Under the pieces are notes generated by a model. That model saw nothing but the letters and a program-made list of their open reading frames with translations, was not told the origin of the DNA and made no database searches. A program made the translations under genes and the position numbers. A stretch of DNA of 64,000 nt from Vicinamibacterales bacterium (GTDB lineage Bacteria; Acidobacteriota; Vicinamibacteria; Vicinamibacterales; SCN-69-37). The stretch lies in NCBI GenBank assembly GCA_035512575.1, contig DATKDT010000152.1, positions 965 through 64,964 on the forward strand, given 5' to 3'. Of this stretch, positions 55,885-64,000 are shown one piece after another. How positions within the stretch are numbered: position 1 is the first letter of the stretch; every line of letters begins with the position of its first letter.

Positions 55885-57240
55885 CTACTTCCCAATACAG
55901 AAGCTCTGAAAGATGTGCCGCAGGATGTCGTCCGTGGTGCGCCGGCCGACGATCTCGTCGAGGAAGGCGCGCGCTTCCTGCAGATCGGCAAGCGCGAGCT
56001 CCTCCGGCGCGCCGTGGGCGAGCGCGTCGGCGCCGCGCGACAGCGATTCGTGCGCGCGCTCGAGCAGCGCGAGATGACGCTGGTTGGTGACGGCCGGCGC
56101 ATCGCGGCGTGGATCGGATCCGGCCAGCACGGAGGCCATCGCGTCGCGCAACTGCGACATGCCGGCGTAGCTGCGCGCCGACACGTGCACGACCGGCGCG
56201 CCGTACGTGTCGTGCCCCGGCGCCGTGGGAAGGTCCGCTTTGTTGACGGCAATCACGCGCGGTCGCGCGGCCGTCGACCGCATCAACGCGGCATCATCGT
56301 CGTGCGGCGGAGTCGAGCCGTCGATGACGAGGACGACACAGTCGGCGACGCCCGCCGCGCGCTCGGCGCGCCCGACGCCTTCCGATTCGATCAGATCGCT
56401 CGTCGATCGCTGTCCCGCCGTATCGACGAGCGTCACGGCGAGCCCATTGATGTCCACGAGGTCCGTGACCAGATCGCGCGTGGTGCCCGGCACGCTGGTG
56501 ACGATCGCGCGATCCGCGCCTGCCAGCGCGTTGAAGAGGCTCGACTTTCCCGTATTCGGCCGTCCGGCGAGCACCACCTGCGCGCCTTCGCGAATCACGC
56601 GCCCTTCGCGGCCGCGCGCGATCAACGCAGCGAGTGCATCGGCAATCGCCTTTGCCTCGGCCGCCGCGTCTCCCGGCGTCACGAAGTGATAGCCCTCGTC
56701 TGGAAAATCGACGCTCGCCTCGAGCTTCGCGATCAGATCGAACAGCGGCGCGTCGACCGCGGCAATCGCGCGGGTGAGCGTGCCTTCGAGCTGATCGAAG
56801 GCGGCCCGCGTCTGCAGCGGCGTGACGGCATCGACGAGATCCGCGACCGCCTCCGCCTGCGCGAGGTCGATCCTACCGTGAAGAAAAGCTCGAAGGGTGA
56901 ACTCGCCCGGCTCCGCCAGACGCGCGCCGGCCGCGACGGCCGCTGCGACAAGGCGGTCGAGCAGCACGGGATTTCCGTGTCCGCTCAGTTCGACGACATG
57001 CTGGCCGGTGTAGGAATGCGGCGCGGGAAAACTGGTCGCGACGACTTCATCGATGGGCGATCCGGCATCATCGACGGCCCTCGCGAGCGTCGCGTGCCTG
57101 GCCTCGAGCGACGGGGTGCCTGGCAGGAGTGCCGCCGTGACGCCGGCCGCGTCCGGGCCGCTGATCCGGACGACCCCGATCCCCCCGCGCCCCCGCGGCG
57201 TCGCAATCGCAACGATGGTGTCATCGGTACTGAACACCAT
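55885..57240 (-). CDS. mnmE: tRNA modification GTPase MnmE (TrmE)
   Basis: DTIVAIATP, G1 motif GRPNTGKSSL and the C-terminal CIGK motif. Confidence 0.95.
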   Translation of the reverse strand: MVFSTDDTIVAIATPRGRGGIGVVRISGPDAAGVTAALLPGTPSLEARHATLARAVDDAGSPIDEVVATSFPAPHSYTGQHVVELSGHGNPVLLDRLVAAAVAAGARLAEPGEFTLRAFLHGRIDLAQAEAVADLVDAVTPLQTRAAFDQLEGTLTRAIAAVDAPLFDLIAKLEASVDFPDEGYHFVTPGDAAAEAKAIADALAALIARGREGRVIREGAQVVLAGRPNTGKSSLFNALAGADRAIVTSVPGTTRDLVTDLVDINGLAVTLVDTAGQRSTSDLIESEGVGRAERAAGVADCVVLVIDGSTPPHDDDAALMRSTAARPRVIAVNKADLPTAPGHDTYGAPVVHVSARSYAGMSQLRDAMASVLAGSDPRRDAPAVTNQRHLALLERAHESLSRGADALAHGAPEELALADLQEARAFLDEIVGRRTTDDILRHIFQSFCIGK

Positions 57241-57286
57241 TCTGCATTCTGTGTTCTGTGTTCCTGTGTTCTGTGTTCTGTGTTCT
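57241..57286. repeat. TGTGTTC heptamer tandem repeat (about 6 units) exactly filling the jag-mnmE junction
   Basis: TCTGCATTCTGTGTTCTGTGTTCCTGTGTTCTGTGTTCTGTGTTCT. It lies between the jag TAA (57287-57289) and the mnmE ATG (57240). Confidence 0.85.
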
Positions 57287-57772
57287 TTACTTCTTACTGA
57301 TATAGACCGACTTCATGAACGCGTCGCCCGCGCTCTCCGACGTGAACTCCGGATCTTCGGCCACCGTTATGTGCACGAGGCGGCGATGGTACGGATTGAG
57401 CGGCCCGATCTCCTGCGGCACGCCGGTCGACTTCGCCTTTTCCATCAGGAACTTCGCCATCTGCTTCAGCTCCGCTTCCTTGTCTTTGCGGAACCCCAGC
57501 GCGTCGACGACGTAGTGGCGGACATCGCCCGCCGCCTCTCCTGAACCGGCATGTGAGCCGCGCGAGTCGCGGCGGAACGCGGTGTTGACGATGTGCTGCA
57601 GCGCGTCGAGCGTCTCGCCCTTCTTCCGGATCAGGACGTCGGCGCCGGGGCCTTCCATGTTGAGGCGCACGTTGTCGTCCGACTGTTCCACGGCCACCTC
57701 CACGGTGGCGCCCATTGCCGCGGCCACGTCCTTCAGGAACTGGATCGCGCGCGCGTCCGCTGACTCGCTCAC
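57287..57772 (-). CDS. jag: Jag/KhpB-like RNA-binding protein (KH plus R3H domains, no Jag_N domain)
   Basis: GTG 57772 overlaps the yidC TGA (GTGA). R3H context PLNPYHRRLVHITV. Confidence 0.8.
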   Translation of the reverse strand: MSESADARAIQFLKDVAAAMGATVEVAVEQSDDNVRLNMEGPGADVLIRKKGETLDALQHIVNTAFRRDSRGSHAGSGEAAGDVRHYVVDALGFRKDKEAELKQMAKFLMEKAKSTGVPQEIGPLNPYHRRLVHITVAEDPEFTSESAGDAFMKSVYISKK

Positions 57773-59472
57773 TGCTTGCCTCCCTTGCGCTTCACCCGGC
57801 GCACCGCCGGCGGCTGCGACGGGCCCGCGGGCACGGGCTCGACGAAGCGGTTGGTCACCATCTGCTGGCCGATCGCCCACAGGTTGCTGAACAGCCAGTA
57901 GAGGACCAGGCCGCTCGGCGCCCACAGGAACATCACCATGAAGACCGCCGGCATGAGCAGCATCATCTTCTGCTGCACCGGATCGGCCGTCGTCGGCGTG
58001 ATGTACTGCTGCCAGAACATCGTGCCGCCCATCAGCAGCGGCGTGATGTAGAGCGGATCGTGATCGGAGAGATCGACGATCCAGCCGATCCACGGCGCGC
58101 CGCGCAACTCGATGGCGACCGACAGCATCGAGTAGAACGCAAACAGCACCGGCATCGTCAGCAGCATCGGCAGGCAGCCGCTGGCCGGGTTCACGCCGCG
58201 TTCACGGTAGAGCGCCATCATCTCCGTGTTCATCTTCTGGCGCTCGGGATCGGTCATCTTGTACTTCTCGTACCGCTTCTGCAGCGCCTTGATCTCGGGC
58301 TGCAGCTTCTGCATCTTGCGCATCGAGACGAGGCTCTTGTGGCGCAGCGGCGCCATCGCGGCGTTGATCAGCAGCGTGAGGACGATGATCGACCAGCCCC
58401 AGTTGCCGACGTAGCCGTGCACCCACTTGAGCGCCGTCAGCAGCGGCACGATGAGCCAGGCGAAGATGCCGAAGTCGATGGCGCGCACGAGGCTGCCGTC
58501 GACGGCCTTGAGCAGATCGAAATCCTTCGGGCCGTAGAAGACGTTGACCGGCACGTCGGGCGCCGCGTCTGCGCTCCACGACACGAACGTGCGCATGGCG
58601 TCGGGAGCGCCGCCAGGCACGGGCGACATCAGCGGCGTGAAGGTGACCGCTATGGGCTGGCCCTGCCCGAGCACGGCGACGAGGAAGTAGTGATCCGACA
58701 CGCCGGCCCAGCGGAACGCGCCCTGGTAGCGCGGCTGCGCCGTGATGTCTCCCGCGTCGAGCCGTTCGACATCCGATCCGTCGGAATAGATCGCCGCCGG
58801 CGGGTAGTAGTAGTTCGATCCGCCGGTGTTGTAGCCAGTGCCCAGCGACGGCCCGAACGCAAACTGGAACGGCGGCTTCGCGCCGTCGCGCTCAATCGCG
58901 GCCGACACCTGCATGGCGTATGGATAGCCGCCGGCGTTGAAGAGGAACTGCTTGCGCGCGACCAGGCCCGACGCGTCGCGATACTCGAACTCGAGCGGGG
59001 CCGCATCGGGGCCCGCGACCGTGAGACTCTCGGCGCTGGGCTTGAACAGCGCGGCCGCAAGCCGGCGATCGACCGCGGCGTCGCCGGTGATGATGGAGAA
59101 GGGCCGCGCTTCGGACGCCGGCAGTTCCGCGGGCACGAGATCGAGCGGCTGCCCGTCGGCGCCCAGATACGCCTTCAGCTTCCAGCTGGTGAGCACCGCG
59201 CCGCGGGTGTTGAACACCGCGCGCACCGTTTCGGTGTCGACGACGATGTCGCGCGCTTCGGTGTCCGCCACGAGCGGCTGCGGGGCGTCCGGTCCGGGCG
59301 CGGGCTCGGGCTCGGGCACGGTGGCCGCCGGCGCCGGCGCCGGCGCGCTCTGCGGCATCTGTGCGGGTGCGCCCCGCGGCGGCGGCTCGATCGGCTGCGG
59401 CGCGAAGAACGCCTGATAGCCGAACAGCACGGCGAACGACAGGAGAATTGCGAGAAAGACGCGGCGTTCCAT
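57769..59472 (-). CDS. yidC: Membrane protein insertase YidC
   Basis: 567 aa with N-terminal TM, large periplasmic P1 domain and the conserved 60-kDa IMP core (..GWSIIVLTLLIN..PLR.KS...M..LQPE...). Confidence 0.9.
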   Translation of the reverse strand: MERRVFLAILLSFAVLFGYQAFFAPQPIEPPPRGAPAQMPQSAPAPAPAATVPEPEPAPGPDAPQPLVADTEARDIVVDTETVRAVFNTRGAVLTSWKLKAYLGADGQPLDLVPAELPASEARPFSIITGDAAVDRRLAAALFKPSAESLTVAGPDAAPLEFEYRDASGLVARKQFLFNAGGYPYAMQVSAAIERDGAKPPFQFAFGPSLGTGYNTGGSNYYYPPAAIYSDGSDVERLDAGDITAQPRYQGAFRWAGVSDHYFLVAVLGQGQPIAVTFTPLMSPVPGGAPDAMRTFVSWSADAAPDVPVNVFYGPKDFDLLKAVDGSLVRAIDFGIFAWLIVPLLTALKWVHGYVGNWGWSIIVLTLLINAAMAPLRHKSLVSMRKMQKLQPEIKALQKRYEKYKMTDPERQKMNTEMMALYRERGVNPASGCLPMLLTMPVLFAFYSMLSVAIELRGAPWIGWIVDLSDHDPLYITPLLMGGTMFWQQYITPTTADPVQQKMMLLMPAVFMVMFLWAPSGLVLYWLFSNLWAIGQQMVTNRFVEPVPAGPSQPPAVRRVKRKGGKQ

Positions 59473-59706
59473 TTATATGTTTCTGGGAGGCACGGCATCC
59501 ACGCCCGAGCCTCCATAAGGCCGGCAGCGCGAGAGTCGCTTCACCGCAAGCCACGAGCCCTTCACGGCGCCGTGCTCGTGAATCGCGATCGACGCGTACT
59601 CCGAGCATGACGGGACGTAGCGGCAGCTGCCCGTGTAGAACGGCGAAAGCAGGAGTTTGTAGCCGCGAATCAGCAGGATCAGCGCCTCGCGCGGAAGGTC
59701 ACGCAT
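59473..59706 (-). CDS. yidD: Membrane protein insertion efficiency factor YidD
   Basis: ATG 59706. Motif LIRGYKLLLSPF....CRYVPSCSEYA..AI..HG. Confidence 0.85.
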   Translation of the reverse strand: MRDLPREALILLIRGYKLLLSPFYTGSCRYVPSCSEYASIAIHEHGAVKGSWLAVKRLSRCRPYGGSGVDAVPPRNI

Positions 59707-60052
59707 GGCGCTTGCAGCGGCGAAGTGTGGAGAGAAAATCGGCCTCAACATCGGCAAAGGGCGCGGCACTCAGCTCGCGGCGCGGAATCGCGACGATGTC
59801 GACGGCGGCGCCGTCGCCAAGCGCGCCGCGATGGCGGCGGAACAGCTCGCGCAGCCGGCGCTTCGCGCGATTGCGCGCGACGGCCGATCCGAGCTTGCGC
59901 GAGGCGATGAGACCCAGGCGGGGCGCTGTGCAATCATTCGCGAGTATCAACAGTGTCACGAAGCGGCCGGACACGCGGCGGCCCTGCTGCTGCACGCGCA
60001 CGAAGTCGGCGCGCCTGCGCACGCGATCGTGCGCCTGGAAGGTGTCGGGCAT
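59699..60052 (-). CDS. rnpA: Ribonuclease P protein component
   Basis: ATG 60052. RNR-like motif AVARNRAKRRLRE. 8-nt overlap with yidD. Confidence 0.85.
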   Translation of the reverse strand: MPDTFQAHDRVRRRADFVRVQQQGRRVSGRFVTLLILANDCTAPRLGLIASRKLGSAVARNRAKRRLRELFRRHRGALGDGAAVDIVAIPRRELSAAPFADVEADFLSTLRRCKRHA

Positions 60053-60102
60053 GGCCTCGCCATCACGCGCAAACGGCCGCGCCGGCGCGCGGACGGGTCC
60101 GC

Positions 60103-60252
60103 TTATTTGTTCGACGTCGACACCGTCAGGCGCTTGCGCCCCTTGGCGCGCCGGCGCTTGAGCACCAGGCGGCCGTTCTTGGTCTCCATCCGGACCAGAA
60201 AGCCGTGAGTCTTGCGGCGGCGGCGCCGGTTGGGCTGATAAGTACGCTTCAT
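60103..60252 (-). CDS. rpmH: 50S ribosomal protein L34
   Basis: [44 protein letters not shown]... Confidence 0.9.
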   Translation of the reverse strand: MKRTYQPNRRRRRKTHGFLVRMETKNGRLVLKRRRAKGRKRLTVSTSNK

Positions 60253-60460
60253 GAATCGAGAACCTTTTGCGAAAACGGGGGCGCCCTGAGCGAAGCCGAA
60301 GGGCGAAAACGAAACTTTGATCGTAGACGTGCCCCGCCGGACTGTCAATCGGGGGAGAATAACCCTCTTCCTCCGGCGCGCTTCCCGGGCCCGAACCGGG
60401 GCCCGGCAAGCGCTTCGCGGGAGCCACAGGGCAGACCCTGAATGGGTCTCTACCCCGAAG

Positions 60461-60493
60461 ATTTCCACAACTGTGGAAATTATTGTGGAAAAC
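60461..60493. other. Three DnaA-box-like 9-mers upstream of dnaA (ATTTCCACA / TGTGGAAAT palindrome plus TGTGGAAAA)
   Basis: ATTTCCACAACTGTGGAAATTATTGTGGAAAA. Each box matches the TTATCCACA consensus at 7-8 of 9 positions. Confidence 0.6.
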
Positions 60494-60539
60494 GAAGGTT
60501 TCGCCTTTTGAGGCGAAAATTACGCGGTTTCAGGCTCGA

Positions 60540-61883
60540 ATGACCACCCCGACTCTCTGGAACGACATCCTCGGCCGCATCGAGACCAAGGTCAACCGGT
60601 ACAGCTTCTATACCTGGTTCAAGCCCACGGTGTGCGTAGCCGACGACGGCCGGACCCTCACGGTGAAGGTGCCCAACCCCCTTTTCCGGGACTGGCTGAC
60701 CAAGCACTACTCGGCCGTCCTGGACGAGGCCCTGACGGAGGTCGGGCGGCCCGAGGCCGAAATCTCGTTCGTGGCCGACGATTCCGTTCCTCTACTGGCG
60801 GCCAGTCCCATGCTGCCAGAGATGGACCCGTCGGAGGGCCCGGTCGAGGACGAGGCCACGGCCAGTCCGGCCGGGCTCAGTCCCCGCTACTCGTTCGACA
60901 CCTTCATTGTCGGCCCCTCGAACCAGTTCGCGCACGCGGCGTGCCGCGCGGTGGCCGAGGCGCCGTCGCGGTCGTACAACCCCCTGTACATCTACGGCGG
61001 CGTGGGTCTGGGCAAGACGCATCTGATGCACGCGATCGGGCATTACATGCTGATGCACGTGCCGTCGGCGAAGCTCACCTACATCTCGTCCGAGCGCTTC
61101 ATGAACGAGATGATCAACGCCGTGCGGTACGACCGCATCCTGGATTTCCGCGATCGCTATCGCAGCGTCGACATCCTGCTGGTCGACGACGTGCAGTTCA
61201 TGGCCGGGAAGGAAGGCACGCAGACCGAGTTCTTCCACACCTTCAACGCGCTGTACGACGCGCAGAAGCAGATCGTCATCAGCAGCGACTGCTCGCCGCG
61301 CGAGATTCCAGCGCTCGAAGAGCGGCTGCGATCGCGGTTCGAGTGGGGGCTGATTGCCGACATCCAGCCGCCCGATCTCGAGACGAAAATCGCCATTCTC
61401 AAGCGGAAAGCCGAGAGCGAGGGCGTGGCGCTGCCCGACAACGTCGCCATCTACATCGCGAGCAAGATCAAGTCGAACATCCGCGAGCTCGAGGGGTCGC
61501 TGATCCGCCTGCTGGCCTACGCGTCGCTGACCGGCAAGGACATCTCGCTGCCGCTCACGCAGGACGTGCTGCGCAACATCCTGGTGCAGGACGAGAAGGC
61601 GGTGTCGATCGAAGGCATCCAGAAGTTCGTGGCCGACTACTACCAGCTGAAGGTCGCGGACCTCAAGTCGCGCAACAACGCCAAGTCGATCTCGATGCCG
61701 CGCCAGATCGGCATGTATCTGTGCAAGGGGCTGACGAACGCGTCGCTGCCGGAAATCGGCAAGAGCTTCGGCGGGAAGCATCACTCCACGGTCATTCATT
61801 CGATCAAGAAAATCGAAGAACTGCGAAAGACCGACGGCGATTTCAACACGCTTATCAACAATTTCCTCGAGTCGTTTCGCTGA
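60540..61883 (+). CDS. dnaA: Chromosomal replication initiator protein DnaA
   Basis: ATG 60540 within ORF 60483..61883. Walker A GGVGLGKTHL and C-terminal DNA-binding signature GGKHHSTVIHS. Confidence 0.95.
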   Translation: MTTPTLWNDILGRIETKVNRYSFYTWFKPTVCVADDGRTLTVKVPNPLFRDWLTKHYSAVLDEALTEVGRPEAEISFVADDSVPLLAASPMLPEMDPSEGPVEDEATASPAGLSPRYSFDTFIVGPSNQFAHAACRAVAEAPSRSYNPLYIYGGVGLGKTHLMHAIGHYMLMHVPSAKLTYISSERFMNEMINAVRYDRILDFRDRYRSVDILLVDDVQFMAGKEGTQTEFFHTFNALYDAQKQIVISSDCSPREIPALEERLRSRFEWGLIADIQPPDLETKIAILKRKAESEGVALPDNVAIYIASKIKSNIRELEGSLIRLLAYASLTGKDISLPLTQDVLRNILVQDEKAVSIEGIQKFVADYYQLKVADLKSRNNAKSISMPRQIGMYLCKGLTNASLPEIGKSFGGKHHSTVIHSIKKIEELRKTDGDFNTLINNFLESFR

Positions 61884-62162
61884 GCCGGTGCGCGATTTCC
61901 GCAGCCGTCCACAGGGGGGTGCTGTGGGTAATCCGACAGGTACGGCCGGGCTGGAGATCCACACAACCTCCCCGCGCGGTACCCGCCGATTACACGGCAC
62001 TCGCGTCCACAGGGTAAGTTGTTGATATAGAACCACTAACGGCGACATTTTCAGGTTTCAACAAGACCTTCTTCTTGTTATAATTTCTCGTTCTTTCTTT
62101 CCTGATCGATCCAGAGGGATCAGGGAACGCCACCACGGCTCCACAACGAGGTCAGCACGCCC
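61884..62162. other. oriC: Candidate oriC core: DnaA-box-like sites followed by an AT-rich unwinding-type stretch (about 62015-62105)
   Basis: Box-like sites are CCGTCCACA (61905-61913), TGTGGGTAA (61923-61931), AGATCCACA (61955-61963) and GCGTCCACA (62003-62011). They are followed by TAAGTTGTTGATATAG...TTCTTCTTGTTATAATTTCTCGTTCTTTCTTTCC. Gene orientation also flips here. Confidence 0.6.
62056..62084 (+). promoter_or_regulatory. Sigma-70-like promoter candidate for dnaN (TTTCAA-N17-TATAAT)
   Basis: Perfect TATAAT at 62079-62084, with TTTCAA 17 nt upstream. Confidence 0.35.
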
Positions 62163-63302
62163 ATGGAACTAGTCGTCCGCAAGAGCGATCTGCTTCGCGA
62201 GCTCCAGCTCTTCCAGGGCATCGTCGAGCGCAAGAACACGATCCCCATCCTCGCGAATGTGTTGCTCGAAGCCGACGGCAAGGAAGTGAGGATGCTGGCG
62301 ACCGACCTCGAGGTGGGCCTGCGGAGCCGCTGCGAGGCGGTGGTGGGTAAATCGGGTTCGCTGACGCTGCCGGCGAAGAAGCTGTTCGAGATCGTGAAGG
62401 CGCTGCCCGAGAGCGACATCCGCATCGAGCAGGACAAGAGCGGCGTCAAGGTGGCCGCCGAGCGGTTCGACTCGCGGATGCAGACACTGCCACGCGAGGA
62501 TTTTCCGACGCTGCCAGAGGCGGCCGGCGCGTGGAGCGCGACGCTGCCGCGCGAGGCGCTTCGGACGATGATCCCGAAGACGCAGTTCGCCATCACGGGC
62601 GAAGACACGCGCTACTTCCTGAACGGCGCGCTGTTCGTGCTCGCCGCCGATGCCATGAGCCTGGTGGCGACCGACGGCCACCGGCTGGCGCTGGTGCAGG
62701 TGCCGCGCGAGGGCGGCAAGAAGGCCAAGGGCGCCGCGGCCACGGGCTCTTCAGGAAGTGAGGACGTTCGCGTGATTCTGCCGCGCAAGACGCTCAACGA
62801 GCTGCAGCGCCTGCTCGGTGAAGGCGAAGACGATGTGCGGTTCGAGAAGGGCGAGAACCACCTGTTCTTCGAGGTCGGCGGGCGCGTGCTGATTTCACGC
62901 GTGATCGACGGCCAGTTCCCCGCGTTCGAGCGCGTCATCCCCAAGAACACCGACAAGAAGATCGACTTCGACCGCGACCGGCTCACGAGCGCCGTCCGCC
63001 GCGTCGAGCTGATGTCGAACGAGCGCTCGCGCGCCGTGAAGTTCCAGATTGACAGCGGCAAGGTCGAGATCACCTCGAGCAGCCCAGAGCTCGGCGAGGC
63101 GCACGAAGTGATCATGGTCGAGTATGACGGCGCGCCGATGCAGATCTGCTTCAACGCGCGCTACGTGCTCGAGTTTCTGAGCGCCGTCGAAACCGATGTC
63201 GTGTCGCTCGCGTTCAAGGACGAGATGAGCCAGGCGGTGATGACGCCCGTGGGCGCTGAAGGCTACGAATACACCTACGTCATCATGCCGATGAGGATCT
63301 GA
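62163..63302 (+). CDS. dnaN: DNA polymerase III beta sliding clamp
   Basis: 379 aa with three-domain clamp architecture. N-terminus LLRELQLFQGIVERKNTIPILANVLLEA and C-terminus YVIMPMRI. Confidence 0.95.
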   Translation: MELVVRKSDLLRELQLFQGIVERKNTIPILANVLLEADGKEVRMLATDLEVGLRSRCEAVVGKSGSLTLPAKKLFEIVKALPESDIRIEQDKSGVKVAAERFDSRMQTLPREDFPTLPEAAGAWSATLPREALRTMIPKTQFAITGEDTRYFLNGALFVLAADAMSLVATDGHRLALVQVPREGGKKAKGAAATGSSGSEDVRVILPRKTLNELQRLLGEGEDDVRFEKGENHLFFEVGGRVLISRVIDGQFPAFERVIPKNTDKKIDFDRDRLTSAVRRVELMSNERSRAVKFQIDSGKVEITSSSPELGEAHEVIMVEYDGAPMQICFNARYVLEFLSAVETDVVSLAFKDEMSQAVMTPVGAEGYEYTYVIMPMRI

Positions 63303-63310
63303 CCCGCTGA

Positions 63311-64000
63311 ATGAGTGACCCACATGTGCACGCGGCCGGGCAGGGGAGTGACGACCAGCCCGCTGTCCCCGAAATGAATGAGGCCCGCGCCGGCAACGGC
63401 AATGGATCGGGCGATTACGGCGCGGACAAAATCAAGGTCCTCGAGGGCCTCGAGGCCGTCCGGAAGCGTCCCGCCATGTACATCGGGTCGACCGGGCCGC
63501 TCGGCCTGCATCACCTCGTGTACGAAGTCGTCGACAACTCCGTCGACGAGGCGCTCGCCGGCTACTGCAACCAGATCGAGGTCTCGATCCACATCGACGG
63601 CTCGATCACGGTCGTCGACAACGGCCGCGGCATCCCGACCGATCTGCACGAGAGCGGCCGGTCGGCGGCGGAAGTCGTGTTGACGGTGCTCCATGCCGGC
63701 GGCAAGTTCGAGAACGACAGCTACAAGGTCTCGGGCGGCCTGCACGGCGTGGGCGTGTCGGTGGTCAATGCGCTGTCGGAATGGCTCGAGCTCGAGATCT
63801 GGCGCAACGGCCAGGTGTTCAACCAGCGCTACGAGCGCGGCAAGCCGCTTGGCGATCTCGAGACCACCGGCACCACGAAGAAGCGCGGCACCAAGGTCAC
63901 GTTCAAGCCCGACTCCGAGATCTTCGAGACCACCGACTACAGCTTCGAGACGCTGTCGCAGCGGCTGCGCGAGCTCGCGTTCCTCAACGGCGGCGTCACG
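63311..64000 (+). CDS. gyrB: DNA gyrase subunit B, N-terminal part (continues beyond the window)
   Basis: Reading from ATG 63311 gives ...[50 protein letters not shown]...[15 protein letters not shown]. The frame is open to position 64000, so it is absent from the ORF track. Alternative start at ATG 63374. Confidence 0.9.
   Translation, partial: MSDPHVHAAGQGSDDQPAVPEMNEARAGNGNGSGDYGADKIKVLEGLEAVRKRPAMYIGSTGPLGLHHLVYEVVDNSVDEALAGYCNQIEVSIHIDGSITVVDNGRGIPTDLHESGRSAAEVVLTVLHAGGKFENDSYKVSGGLHGVGVSVVNALSEWLELEIWRNGQVFNQRYERGKPLGDLETTGTTKKRGTKVTFKPDSEIFETTDYSFETLSQRLRELAFLNGGVT

Overview
Visibly high-GC bacterial chromosomal segment that spans the replication-origin region. I support about 60 protein-coding genes. 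I found no rRNA, complete tRNA, CRISPR array, transposase or integrase.

Right end: the classic origin cluster. rpmH-rnpA-yidD-yidC-jag-mnmE-mnmG-rsmG-parA-parB lie on the minus strand and diverge from dnaA-dnaN-gyrB on the plus strand. There is no recF. DnaA-box clusters flank dnaA, an AT-rich unwinding-type stretch precedes dnaN, and a perfect parS lies inside rsmG.

Middle: an almost uninterrupted minus-strand gene train from about 50.3 kb to 34.9 kb. It runs atpF'-atpF-atpH-atpA-atpG-atpD-atpC (no a or c subunit genes), PP2C phosphatase, wzm/wzt-type ABC exporter, membrane protein, mfd, SurA-like PPIase, NusG paralog, dus.

Left half: metabolism (two aminotransferases, kbl, fabZ, M1 peptidase, an orphan NuoG-like Fe-S protein plus ccdA), envelope genes (OmpA-like lipoprotein, beta-barrel OMP, VWA protein, GT2, GT-C-like protein), and dense signalling (PAS kinases, two SpoIIE/PP2C proteins, GAF sensors, Lrp, a FliA-like sigma factor, a sigma54-type response regulator). 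The VWA family type and overall style hint at an Acidobacteriota-like organism; this is inference only.

Most unusual observations:
1. A pervasive family of GTTC/GAAC-core 6-9 bp tandem repeats sits exactly at gene junctions. They often occur as inverted pairs that build 80-280 bp palindromic elements.
2. A 70-bp double-hairpin REP-like element occurs as an inverted pair bracketing a 3.5-kb four-gene block and rewrites the C-terminus of the sigma factor.
3. selD carries an in-frame UGA (selenocysteine) that the ORF track truncates, and it is translationally coupled to parB.
4. A coupled pair of mini-genes (excisionase-type HTH plus an 81-aa stand-alone histidine-kinase DHp/H-box domain) lies between a hybrid kinase, a sigma factor and an NtrC-type regulator. 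This suggests an undescribed phosphorelay module.
5. A 332-aa Arg/Gly/Pro-repeat, RGG-like disordered protein is co-operonic with the sigma54 regulator.
6. Several divergent gene pairs have start codons only 23-32 bp apart and share one AT-rich -10-like island, implying leaderless bidirectional promoters.
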